Below, in pieces: positions 27,830 to 37,820 of a stretch of DNA of 64,000 bases. The translations under genes were made by a program, and so were the position numbers. Each line of letters opens with the position of its first letter. The stretch's first letter is position 1. Source of the DNA: Acidimicrobiia bacterium (lineage in GTDB: Bacteria > Actinomycetota > Acidimicrobiia > Acidimicrobiales > Aldehydirespiratoraceae). The notes below the pieces were generated by a model. The model was given only the letters and a program-made list of their open reading frames with translations, was not told where the DNA came from and made no database searches. Location: the NCBI GenBank assembly GCA_022821685.1, contig JAJEDD010000041.1:41486-105485 (forward strand), read 5' to 3'.

Positions 27830-29857
27830 ATGATCCACGCCCGAAGCGGTGCGAGGACCGGGTTGTTGAGCTTGATCGACGAACTCGTCCTGGCCCTCCT
27901 CAACGAGGAGAGCGGCTACTTTCGCCAAGTACCCGGCTGGAATCTGAACTGCGCCGTCGTCGGCGCGGCACTGGCCGAGCTGTCGCTCATGTCGCGCATC
28001 GACACCGACATGGACTCCCTGATCCTTCTGGATGCGACCGCGACCGGCGACCGGGCGCTCGATCCCGCCCTCGAAGAGATCGCGGCCGAGCCCGTTCAGC
28101 ACAACGCCCAGTACTGGATCGAGCGGCTCGCTCCCCAGGCGGAATCGATCATCGACATGACGCTCGACCGGCTGGTCGACCTGAGGATCCTCCACCATCA
28201 CGACGGCGACTTCTGGTCGCTGGCCGGAGCCGCCTGGAGGATGGAACTCCACCAGGGATCCGAGGAGGGCACGGCCGTCGAGCACGTCAAGACCCGCATC
28301 AGCAGAGCCATCTTCAACAACGAGATCCCCGATCCGAGAGACATAATCATCATCTGTTTGATCGACACCTGCGACGTGCTGCGCCTCATCTTCGAACTCG
28401 ACGAGGAGGCCGAAGAACGCGTCCGGGCCATCCTCAAGATGGACTTGATCGGTCGAGCCATCGCCGCGGCGGTGGCACAGAACATTGCGGGGCGGTTGTT
28501 CGGGCCGACCGCTCTGGCCAAGCCGATTCCCGTCGTCCCGCTGCGGAGGCTGCTGCGCAGCAAACAGATCCGGTCCGGCAACCTGCCCGCATTCTTCGCC
28601 GAACTGCACCAAGAGTTCGGCCCGGTGTTCGAGATACGGCCGCCGGTGGCTCAGAACATGATCTGCCTCGCTGGTCCGGACACGAACCAGTGGGTGCACC
28701 GTCAAGGCCGCATGCACCTGAGAGCCAGGGACTATCTGGAGGACTTCGAGAAGGTCTACGGCGGGGTGGGGCTGCTGCCCGCCCTCGACGGCGCCGACCA
28801 CTTCCGGTATCGAAAGTTCATTCAGCCCGCGTATTCGCGCACCAGGGTGGAGGACCGGCTGGACGAGTTCCTCAGCCGCGCCCGCCACGACATGGCGGCC
28901 TGGAGTGTCGGGGAGACGCGCCATGCGGTGGGGATGTGCCGCAAGCTGGTCAACGCCGCCATGTCGCCGCTGTTTGTCGGCATCGACTCCCAAGACATCG
29001 TCGACGACATGCACAAGTTCAAGGACCGGGCCCTCAAGACGCACGTCGGCCGAACCCTGCCCAAGTTCATGCTGAAGACCCCGGCCATGAGGCGCCGAGC
29101 GAAACAGATCGACGAGGTGATGGACCGGGTGCTCAACGTCCATACCCCCGCCCAGCGGGTCGGCTGTCCCCGGGATCTGGCCGACGAGCTGCTGACCATG
29201 CACAACAACGATCAGCAGTTCCTGCCGGAGTCGAATCTTCGGTTCGTGCTGTCGGCGCCGCTGATCGCCAGCATGTACGTGGGCGACCAGCTCAGCTTCG
29301 CCGCATTCGCCATGGTGTCGCAGCCCGAGTTCTACGACAGGATCCGGGCCGAGGCCGACTCGGTGTTCGCGGCCGGCGACCCGGACGGCGAGACGCTCAC
29401 CGGGCCGTCCACAGACGTGACTCGCCGGTTCATCATGGAGTGTCTGCGCCTCTACCCGATCGTCCCGCTGTCGGTCCGCAACGTGATGAACGCCTGCGAG
29501 GTGGAGGGCTACCAGCTGCCCGAGGGCAGGCGCGTCTTCATTGCACAGACGGCAACGCACTACATGGCCGACCTCTTTCCCGACCCGTTCAGATTCGACA
29601 TCGACCGCTATGCGGAGCCCCGCAAAGAGCATGTCGGCACCGGATACTCGCCCTACGGATTGGGCACCCACACCTGCCTCGGCGCCCGATTGACGGAAAT
29701 GTACCTGGCCACCAACCTGCTGTTGATGGCGCACTACTTCATGTTCGAGATCGCCCCCAAGAACTACAAGCTGAGGATCAGCCCGTTCCCGTCGATGTCG
29801 CCGAACAAGAAGCTGAAGTTCCGCATCTCCGAGCGCAGGCGCGACCTACCCGCCTGA
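27830..29857 (+). CDS. GPP34/GOLPH3-like domain fused to a cytochrome P450
   Basis: The N-terminal about 200 aa look GPP34-like (LIDELVLALLNEESGYF...NCAVVGAALAELSLMSRID...LDPALEEI). The C-terminal part is a P450 (ExxR in ECLRLYP; heme loop YSPYGLGTHTCLGARL). Confidence 0.75.
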   Translation: MIHARSGARTGLLSLIDELVLALLNEESGYFRQVPGWNLNCAVVGAALAELSLMSRIDTDMDSLILLDATATGDRALDPALEEIAAEPVQHNAQYWIERLAPQAESIIDMTLDRLVDLRILHHHDGDFWSLAGAAWRMELHQGSEEGTAVEHVKTRISRAIFNNEIPDPRDIIIICLIDTCDVLRLIFELDEEAEERVRAILKMDLIGRAIAAAVAQNIAGRLFGPTALAKPIPVVPLRRLLRSKQIRSGNLPAFFAELHQEFGPVFEIRPPVAQNMICLAGPDTNQWVHRQGRMHLRARDYLEDFEKVYGGVGLLPALDGADHFRYRKFIQPAYSRTRVEDRLDEFLSRARHDMAAWSVGETRHAVGMCRKLVNAAMSPLFVGIDSQDIVDDMHKFKDRALKTHVGRTLPKFMLKTPAMRRRAKQIDEVMDRVLNVHTPAQRVGCPRDLADELLTMHNNDQQFLPESNLRFVLSAPLIASMYVGDQLSFAAFAMVSQPEFYDRIRAEADSVFAAGDPDGETLTGPSTDVTRRFIMECLRLYPIVPLSVRNVMNACEVEGYQLPEGRRVFIAQTATHYMADLFPDPFRFDIDRYAEPRKEHVGTGYSPYGLGTHTCLGARLTEMYLATNLLLMAHYFMFEIAPKNYKLRISPFPSMSPNKKLKFRISERRRDLPA

Positions 29858-32308
29858 CCCGCGCCGGTCCCGGTGCTCGGCTACCACGTCGAGGTCGTCC
29901 CAGAGCCTCTGCACTGTGGAGCGCAAGCGCATGTTCTCGTAGGCGCCCCACACGGTCATCGCGGGCGGCACCACCAGGATGGACACGAGCAGCGAGTAGG
30001 CGATGGCGACCGCCGCGGTGACGCCGAACTGCTGGGTCCCCGCCAGCGGCGAGAACACCAGCACCCCGAACCCGAGCGCGGTCGTGAGGGCGGAGCCCAG
30101 CAGGGCCGAGCCGGTGGTGGCGAGCGTGCGTACCGCGGCCTGCTCGGGATTGCGGACCCGGGCGAACTCCTCTCGGTAGCGGTGGATCACATGGATGGTG
30201 TAGTCCACGCCGATCCCGATCGAGAGCGCTGTGATGATCGAGGTGATCAGCCCGTAGGGAATGCCCAGCAGGGCCATGGTGCCGAGGATCCAGATGAGAA
30301 CCAGCACGATGGGCCCGACCGCGATCACCCCCAGCATCGGCCGGCGCAGCGTCACCCAGAAGAAGAGGATCAGGATGCCCAGAGCGACGGCCACGGTGGA
30401 GGTGATCGCCTCGGTCTGGCGCGACGTGATCTGTTCGGTGACGGTGACCGACAGGATGCTCATCGAAGTGGCGGTGATGGCGTCGTCGTCGCCGGCCCAG
30501 AGCGCCTCGATCTCGTCCTGCAGCACGGCGGTGGCGCCGGGATCGTCGGTGTAGGTCGGGAACTGCAGCAAGATGGCATCGATGCCTCCGGGATCGTTGA
30601 CCAGAACGTTGGCCGTGGCCGGATCGGTGGCTTCGAGCCGGTCCAGGAACTCCTGCATCCCGGCCGGATCGAGCTGCACCCCGGCGGAGGCCTCGGCGAA
30701 CAGTGCCGCCAGCGCGGGGTCGTACTTGTCGCCGGGCTCGCCGCTGTCGTGGGTCCAGTCGTGCGCCAGCGACACGTACGACGCTTCCAGCGGCCCCGCC
30801 GCAGCCCGCGGCCGGCGCTGCTCATCGGCGAAGGCGGCGGCCAAGTCCTGAATGTTCAGCAGCGTGCGGGCCTCGGTGGCCTCGGCTCTCACCAGCACGC
30901 TGGCCAGCTCAGTCGACCCTCCGACGGCGGTGTCGAGGGACTCCAAGTCGTTCATCACGCTGCCGTCGCGGGGCAAGATGTCTCGGATGCTGAACTCCGA
31001 GTGGAGCCCGGTGGCCGCGAATCCGAGCGCGACAGTCACGCCGAGCACCACAATGAGGTACGGGGCCGGCCGGCGGGCCACGCTGGCGCCGAGAGCCCTG
31101 GCCACCGGCTCGATTCCGGGCAGCGAGCTCGACACCGAGCGGGGCGGACGCAGCTTGCCTCGCGCCTCCCGCCGCCGGTCGACGATGGTCCGGCCGGCCG
31201 GGACCAGCGTCAGCATGACGATCAGGCTCAACCCCACCCCCAGCCCGGCCACGATTCCGAAATCGCCGATCACGTCTATCGGCGAGAACAGGGTGGCCAG
31301 GAAGCTGGCGATGGTGGTGGCGGCCGCCAGTGTCAGCGGGCTGGCGACTTTGCGCAGGCCGTTGCGGACCGCCTCCAGGACCGGCTCGCCGTCTGCCCGC
31401 TGCTCGCGGTAGTGCGACACGGCCTGGATCGCATAGTCCACCGTGAGGCTGATCACGATGATCGGCACCATCGTGGTGAGCGAGCTGGGCGGACCGATCC
31501 AGCCGAGCCCGTCGGGTCCGAGCCAGCCCTCCGCCCCGACGATCCAGACCAGCGAGAAGACCAGGCCGGTGAGCGTGAGCAGCAGATCCGACAGCGTTCG
31601 CAGGAACACCACGATCAGCGCCGCGATCAGCAGCAGGGCCAGGCCGACCAGCGGCGCCATGCCGGTCTCGATGGCCTCGGTGTACTCGTCCTCGATCACG
31701 ATGGGCGACAGGCTGCTCACTTGCAGCACGCCCGCCGAGGCATCGGCCAGGTCGCTGATCGTCCGCTCCGCCACCGCGGTGTCGTCCGTGTTCTTCAGGC
31801 GGACGGTGGCGATCGCCACCGGTGTGCCGTCGGCGTCGGTCCCCGACATGGCGTCGAGCGCCCCGCCGATCTCACCGACGCTGCGGACCTCGTCGATCTC
31901 TGCCTGGGTGATCGAGCCGATGTCGACACCGGTCGCGACCCCGATCAGTGACGAGGGCGAGATGATCGGATCGGCCGGCGCCAGCAGCGGAATCACGCTC
32001 GGATCGCTGGCAATGGCGCCGATGAGGGCGTCCATCTGCTGGAGTCCGCCGGGAGTGAATGCGTCGCCGCGGAAGACGAGTGTGACGACATTGACATCGC
32101 TGGACTCGCCGAAGAACTCGTCGAGTTCGGAGACCGCGGCGGCGATGGCGCTGCCCGGCGGCAAGAACGCCACCGAGGCCCCTTCGATCGGCGGCACGCG
32201 CCGGGTCGCCCCCGCGGCCAGAACAACGGTGACGACGAGCAGAACGAGGATCGTGACGTACGGGCGAACCGTGATGAACCGACTGAACCTGCCGAGGACG
32301 CGGTTCAT
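29846..32308 (-). CDS. MMPL/RND-family membrane transporter
   Basis: Two six-helix hydrophobic bundles separated by soluble domains, the MMPL/SSD pattern (..LSIGIGVDYTIHVIHRYRE..; ..ISLTVDYAIQAVSHYRE..). The start is set at the ATG at 32308 (MNRVLGRFSRFI...). Confidence 0.85.
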   Translation of the reverse strand: MNRVLGRFSRFITVRPYVTILVLLVVTVVLAAGATRRVPPIEGASVAFLPPGSAIAAAVSELDEFFGESSDVNVVTLVFRGDAFTPGGLQQMDALIGAIASDPSVIPLLAPADPIISPSSLIGVATGVDIGSITQAEIDEVRSVGEIGGALDAMSGTDADGTPVAIATVRLKNTDDTAVAERTISDLADASAGVLQVSSLSPIVIEDEYTEAIETGMAPLVGLALLLIAALIVVFLRTLSDLLLTLTGLVFSLVWIVGAEGWLGPDGLGWIGPPSSLTTMVPIIVISLTVDYAIQAVSHYREQRADGEPVLEAVRNGLRKVASPLTLAAATTIASFLATLFSPIDVIGDFGIVAGLGVGLSLIVMLTLVPAGRTIVDRRREARGKLRPPRSVSSSLPGIEPVARALGASVARRPAPYLIVVLGVTVALGFAATGLHSEFSIRDILPRDGSVMNDLESLDTAVGGSTELASVLVRAEATEARTLLNIQDLAAAFADEQRRPRAAAGPLEASYVSLAHDWTHDSGEPGDKYDPALAALFAEASAGVQLDPAGMQEFLDRLEATDPATANVLVNDPGGIDAILLQFPTYTDDPGATAVLQDEIEALWAGDDDAITATSMSILSVTVTEQITSRQTEAITSTVAVALGILILFFWVTLRRPMLGVIAVGPIVLVLIWILGTMALLGIPYGLITSIITALSIGIGVDYTIHVIHRYREEFARVRNPEQAAVRTLATTGSALLGSALTTALGFGVLVFSPLAGTQQFGVTAAVAIAYSLLVSILVVPPAMTVWGAYENMRLRSTVQRLWDDLDVVAEHRDRRGSGG

Positions 32309-32375
32309 GGAGCGCCACCGTAGCAGCGCCCCTCTCGGCCTCGGCCCGCGGAGTCCCACCGGTAGGGTGCCGCCA

Positions 32376-33419
32376 ATGAGCAAGCTGTCACGAGTCTTCG
32401 CCGGGCTGCGGGCCGCGGACCGGGTCGGCGGTGGAGTCGACCGTCGGATGCGGCGCTTCGACGACTGGCTCGACCGGGCTTCGGTGCGCAACGGCGGCGC
32501 GACGGACTACGACCACACCGAGACCGTCCGGGAGTACTACGAGATTTGCAACGATCTGATGGTGTGGGGTTGGGGCGAGTCGCTGCACTTCGCGCCGCTG
32601 TTGCCCGGCGAGAGCGTGAACGACTCCAAGATCCGCCACCAGCGACTGATGATCGACAAGCTGGAACTGCGCTCCGACATGACGGTGGTGGACGTCGGCT
32701 GCGGGATCGGCGGACCGATGCGCCGGGTCGTCTCGGAGACCGGCGTGAGGGTGGTCGGAGTCAACATCAATGAGGTGCAGATGGACCTGACCAGGTCGTT
32801 GAACGCCGAGGCGGGGCTCGACCACATGGTCGACTGCCTGGTGTGCAGCTTCATGGACATGGCCGACGTTGCGGACGACACCTTCGACCGCGGCTACGCA
32901 ATCGAATCAACCATCCATGCGCCCGACAAGGCGGGTGCATTCGCCGAGATCTACCGGGTGCTCAAGCCCGGAGCCCTCTTCTGGGGTCAAGAGTTCTGCA
33001 TGACGGAACGGTTCGATCCCGGCAACGACCAGCATCTGGCCATGAAGCGAGACTTGATGCACGGCATCGCTCTGCACGACATCGCCACCACCGGCGAAGT
33101 GGACCGGGCGCTCGCAGCGGCGGGATTCGAGGTCATCGAGGGGGTGGATCGAGGCGCCGCCGGCAACGGTGCGGCCACGCCCTGGTATCAGCCTCTGGAG
33201 ACCTGGAAGCCGAGGTTGGGCAATTCGCTGATCGGGGTGCCGCTCGGCCGCAAGGCGGCCATCGCCGGATCCAGGCTGGCCGAGTTGCTGCGAATCTTCC
33301 CGAAGGGCTCCGCCGACGTGGTCAAGATGCTGGATCAGACCGCCAGCGCCTACGTCGCCGGAGGCAAGTCACAGATCTTCACCCCGCTGTACTGCTTCCT
33401 GGCCCGCAAACCCCTCTAG
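32376..33419 (+). CDS. ERG6/SMT-like (sterol 24-C-methyltransferase family) SAM-dependent methyltransferase
   Basis: SMT signature regions are present: VWGWGESLHFAP (cf. YEYGWGxSFHF), VVDVGCGIGGPMR and YAIESTIHAP (cf. YAIEATCHAP). Only the last 347 aa of track ORF 31443..33419 are credible. Confidence 0.8.
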   Translation: MSKLSRVFAGLRAADRVGGGVDRRMRRFDDWLDRASVRNGGATDYDHTETVREYYEICNDLMVWGWGESLHFAPLLPGESVNDSKIRHQRLMIDKLELRSDMTVVDVGCGIGGPMRRVVSETGVRVVGVNINEVQMDLTRSLNAEAGLDHMVDCLVCSFMDMADVADDTFDRGYAIESTIHAPDKAGAFAEIYRVLKPGALFWGQEFCMTERFDPGNDQHLAMKRDLMHGIALHDIATTGEVDRALAAAGFEVIEGVDRGAAGNGAATPWYQPLETWKPRLGNSLIGVPLGRKAAIAGSRLAELLRIFPKGSADVVKMLDQTASAYVAGGKSQIFTPLYCFLARKPL

Positions 33420-33443
33420 AGCGCATAGACCGCTCGCCGCCGG

Positions 33444-35108
33444 TCAGTGGCGGAATTGGCGCTCGCCGGTGAACAGCATGGCGATGTTGTGTTCGTCGGC
33501 GGCGGCAATGACCTCGGCATCGTTGACTGAGCCGCCGGGCTGGACGACCACCGCGGCGCCGGCTTCGGCCGCGGCCGCGATGCCGTCGGCGAACGGGTAG
33601 AAGCCGTCGCTGGCGCAGGCGCCGCCCGCGGCCCGGCCCGCCGCCTTGGCCGCAGCGATCCGGCCCGCCTCGACCCGGTTCTGCTGGCCCGCGCCGATGC
33701 CCCAGGCGGTGCCGTCGCGAGCCAGCACCACCGCGTTGGAACTGGTGTGGGCGCACACCCGCCAGGCGAACACCGAGTCGGCCCGCTCCGCTGGGGTGGG
33801 CTGTCGAGCGGTGACCACCTGCCAGTCGGCCGGGTCGGCCTGGTGCCCGCGCCGAGACTGCACCAGGAAGTCGCCGGGGCTGTCGAGGGTCCTTAGGGCG
33901 AGACCCCAGCCGACTCCTCCGGAGCCAGCCCTGGGTACTTCCAGCAGGCGGGTGTTGGCCCGGCGGGCGGCCAGTCGCTCGATCACGCCGCTGGCGTAAC
34001 CGGGGGCGATCACCACGTCGGCCTGAGCCGCGGCCGCCATGGCAGCGGCGGTGGCCTCGTCGATCACCGTGTTGACGGCCACCACGCCGCCGAAGGCGCT
34101 GCGCGGGTCGCAGTCGAAGGCTCGGGAGTAGGCGGTGGACAGGTCATCGGCGAAGGCCGCTCCGCACGGGTTGGCGTGCTTGACGATCACCGCCGCGGGC
34201 CGGTCGCCCAGGTCGTGGGCCAGGCGCCACGCGGCGGCGGCGTCCATCAGGTTCAGATAGCTCGGCACCGGGCCGCCGCGCTGGACGACGCCGTCGAAGA
34301 ACCCGGCGGTTCCGCGGACCCGGTAGCGGGCGCCCTGCTGATGGGGGTTCTCGCCGTAGCGCAGCACCTCGGCCCGCTCAAGGTCCAAGCGGATCACCGG
34401 CGGCAAGCCCGCCCCGACCGACTCGTCGCCAGCATCGGAGCCAGCGCCAACCGGCACGCCTCCACTATGCAGGCCAGACCCGTCGTCGGCATCCGGGGCG
34501 GGCTCGTCGGATAGCTCTCGACCACGCACACCGGACTCGTCCCGCGCGTCGAACCAGTCGGCGATGGCGGCCTCGTACGCCGCGCTGTGGGCGAACGCCT
34601 TGCGGGCCAGCCGCAGGCGGGTGGACGCCGCAAGGTCCGCCTCCGAGCGGAGCTCGTGCAGGACCGGCCGGTAGTCGGCCGGATCCACCACCACGGCCAC
34701 ATGGGCGTGGTTCTTGGCCGCGGCCCGCACCATGGTCGGCCCGCCAATGTCGATCGTCTCAATACCGGGCGACGCCCCGAACGGGTAGAGGTTCACCACC
34801 ACCAGATCGATCGGGTCGATGCCGTTGGCCTCCAGATCGGCCCGGTGGGCAGGATCGTCGCGGTCGGCCAGGATCCCGCCGTGGATGCGGGGATGCAAGG
34901 TCACCACCCGGTGCCCCAACATCGGTGGCGAACCGGTGTAGTCGGCTGCATCGGCAACAGGCAGGCCCGCGGCCGCGATCAGCCGGGCCGAGCCCGCACT
35001 GGCGATCAGCTCCCACCCCAACTCGACGAGACCCGCCGCCAACTCGACCACGCCCGCCTTGTCGTAGACGGAGATCAGCGCCCGCCTCGGCTCATTCATC
35101 GAGGCCAT
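33444..35108 (-). CDS. purH: Bifunctional AICAR transformylase / IMP cyclohydrolase
   Basis: ALISVYDK, LHPRIHGGIL, NLYPF, RYGENPHQ, C-terminal FTGERQFRH. Confidence 0.95.
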   Translation of the reverse strand: MASMNEPRRALISVYDKAGVVELAAGLVELGWELIASAGSARLIAAAGLPVADAADYTGSPPMLGHRVVTLHPRIHGGILADRDDPAHRADLEANGIDPIDLVVVNLYPFGASPGIETIDIGGPTMVRAAAKNHAHVAVVVDPADYRPVLHELRSEADLAASTRLRLARKAFAHSAAYEAAIADWFDARDESGVRGRELSDEPAPDADDGSGLHSGGVPVGAGSDAGDESVGAGLPPVIRLDLERAEVLRYGENPHQQGARYRVRGTAGFFDGVVQRGGPVPSYLNLMDAAAAWRLAHDLGDRPAAVIVKHANPCGAAFADDLSTAYSRAFDCDPRSAFGGVVAVNTVIDEATAAAMAAAAQADVVIAPGYASGVIERLAARRANTRLLEVPRAGSGGVGWGLALRTLDSPGDFLVQSRRGHQADPADWQVVTARQPTPAERADSVFAWRVCAHTSSNAVVLARDGTAWGIGAGQQNRVEAGRIAAAKAAGRAAGGACASDGFYPFADGIAAAAEAGAAVVVQPGGSVNDAEVIAAADEHNIAMLFTGERQFRH

Positions 35109-35110
35109 CC

Positions 35111-35995
<885 letters not shown>

Positions 35996-36071
35996 GGCTA
36001 TATCCCGCGCTCGCCGGTGCCGTTGCCAGCCAGATCCACCGCCCGGCGGACGAAGTCGAGCGGCACAGATC

Positions 36072-37235
36072 TCACGACCGCCCCGCCCCATCGCCGGCGC
36101 CGGCCAGATCCACCGCCCGGCGGGCGGCGTCGAGCATGGTGGGCTCCATCATCAACGCATCGCTCAGGTGGGGCTCAAGCAGCTCGCGGCCCTCGGCTGC
36201 GTTGGTGCCGTCGAGGCGGATCACGATGGGCGAGTCGATGTCGACGCGCCCGGTGGCCTCGACGATGCCGACCGCGATCTCCTCGCCCCGGGTGATGCCC
36301 CCGAAGATGTTGATCAGGATGGCCCGCACCGCGGGATCGTTGTTGATCACCTCCAGCGCGCCGGCCATGACCTCGGCGTTGGCGCCGCCGCCGATGTCGA
36401 GGAAGTTGGCGGGACGGCCCCCCACCTGGTTGACCACGTCGACGGTGCTCATGGCCAGGCCCGCGCCGTTGGCGATCACCCCCACCGAGCCGTCGAGTCC
36501 CACGTATTGCAGCCCTTTGGCGTGGGCGGCCTGCTCACGCTCGTCGCGGGTCTGGGTGGCGTCGTAGGCGGCGTAATCGTGGTGGCGGAACGTGCTGTTG
36601 GCGTCGAGGGTGACCTTGGAGTCGAGCAGCACCACCTCGCCGCCGGAAGTCACGATAAGCGGGTTGACCTCCACCAGGTCTGCGTCGGCGTCCACGTAGA
36701 CGCGGTACAGCGCCGCCAGCACGTCGGCCACCGAGTCGGCGGCGGCACCGGGGATGCGGGCGGCCCGCACCCAATGGCGGCACTGCTCGGCCGACAGCCC
36801 GTCTACCGGGTCGATGTGGATGCGGGCAATGGCCTCGGGGGCGCGGGCGGCCACCGCCTCGATCTCCACGCCGCCCTCGGCCGACAGCATCCCCAGGTGC
36901 TGGCGGGCCGACCGGTCGAGGGTGAAGCTGGCGTAGTACTCCTCGGCGATGTCGGACGCCTGCTCGATCCACAGGCGGCGCACGGTGTGGCCCGAGATGT
37001 CGAGCCCCAGGATGCCTTCGGCGTGTCGGCGCACCTCGTCGATGTCGGCGGCGAGCTTCACTCCCCCGGCCTTGCCCCGTCCGCCGGTGTGGACCTGGGC
37101 CTTCACCACCACCGGCAGCCCGAGCCGCTGGGCCGCGGCCACGGCCTCGTCAGCCGAGAAGGCGGCTTCGCCCACCGGCACCGGCAGCCCGTACCGGGCG
37201 AACAGCTCCTTGCCCTGATGCTCGAACAGATCCAC
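36072..37235 (-). CDS. sucC: Succinate--CoA ligase subunit beta
   Basis: VDLFEHQGKELFARYGLPVP, VVKAQVHTGGRGKAGGVK, NIFGGITR. GTG start at 37235. The 169-aa upstream extension in the track was rejected. Confidence 0.9.
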   Translation of the reverse strand: MDLFEHQGKELFARYGLPVPVGEAAFSADEAVAAAQRLGLPVVVKAQVHTGGRGKAGGVKLAADIDEVRRHAEGILGLDISGHTVRRLWIEQASDIAEEYYASFTLDRSARQHLGMLSAEGGVEIEAVAARAPEAIARIHIDPVDGLSAEQCRHWVRAARIPGAAADSVADVLAALYRVYVDADADLVEVNPLIVTSGGEVVLLDSKVTLDANSTFRHHDYAAYDATQTRDEREQAAHAKGLQYVGLDGSVGVIANGAGLAMSTVDVVNQVGGRPANFLDIGGGANAEVMAGALEVINNDPAVRAILINIFGGITRGEEIAVGIVEATGRVDIDSPIVIRLDGTNAAEGRELLEPHLSDALMMEPTMLDAARRAVDLAGAGDGAGRS

Positions 37236-37328
37236 GAGCGGCGATACTAGGCCGCGATGCCCGCCACCGGTTCGCCCGCGCTGCGATCTCAGCCCTGCCC
37301 GAGTCGGACAGAGTGAGTCGATAGCGCG

Positions 37329-37796
37329 ATGCCCGTCTCCCGTGGCTCCCGACCCGACCTGCGCACCGTGGTGGTGGTGGGCCTGGCCGGGGTGGCGGTG
37401 GCGCTGGGACTGGTGCTGGGGGTGCTGCTGCTCACCCGGGGCGGCACCGATGTGGAACTCCGCCTCGGCGACCGCGACTTCCGCGACATGGAAACGGGCC
37501 GGATAAGCGCCGAGATCGCCGACCGGGGGCCGATCCTGTTCGGCGACGTAGCCGACGGCGAGCTCGACATCATCCTTCAGCACCTCGGCGACGACCCCGA
37601 ATCGGGGTGGCTGGCCTTCGAGGCCCGCCGATCCGGCCAGAGTCGGGACTGCTTCTTCCAGTGGCTCCCCGAGCGGGCCGAGTTCGTCAACACCTGCGAC
37701 CCCGAAGACATCGTGGACGCGGCCGGCACCGGCCTGCGCCACTTCGACGTGGCCGTAGTAGACGGCGACGTCCGGGTAGACATCAACCCGTCGTAA
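37329..37796 (+). CDS. Hypothetical membrane-anchored protein
   Basis: 155-aa ORF with one N-terminal transmembrane helix (TVVVVGLAGVAVALGLVLGVLLL) and a non-repetitive acidic ectodomain. No family recognised. Confidence 0.5.
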   Translation: MPVSRGSRPDLRTVVVVGLAGVAVALGLVLGVLLLTRGGTDVELRLGDRDFRDMETGRISAEIADRGPILFGDVADGELDIILQHLGDDPESGWLAFEARRSGQSRDCFFQWLPERAEFVNTCDPEDIVDAAGTGLRHFDVAVVDGDVRVDINPS

Positions 37797-37820
37797 CGCT
37801 CACACGGAAGAGCGCTCACA

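Noticed and set aside
27593-31951. ORFs 27593..29734 (-), 28690..30021 (+) and 29873..31951 (+)
   Set aside because: They are antisense to, or out of frame with, the P450 fusion and the MMPL transporter. No motifs are present and the composition is biased.
31443-32375. N-terminal 311 aa of track ORF 31443..33419
   Set aside because: This part is Ser/Thr/Pro-rich and antisense to the MMPL gene. Only the part from the ATG at 32376 matches the SMT-like methyltransferase.
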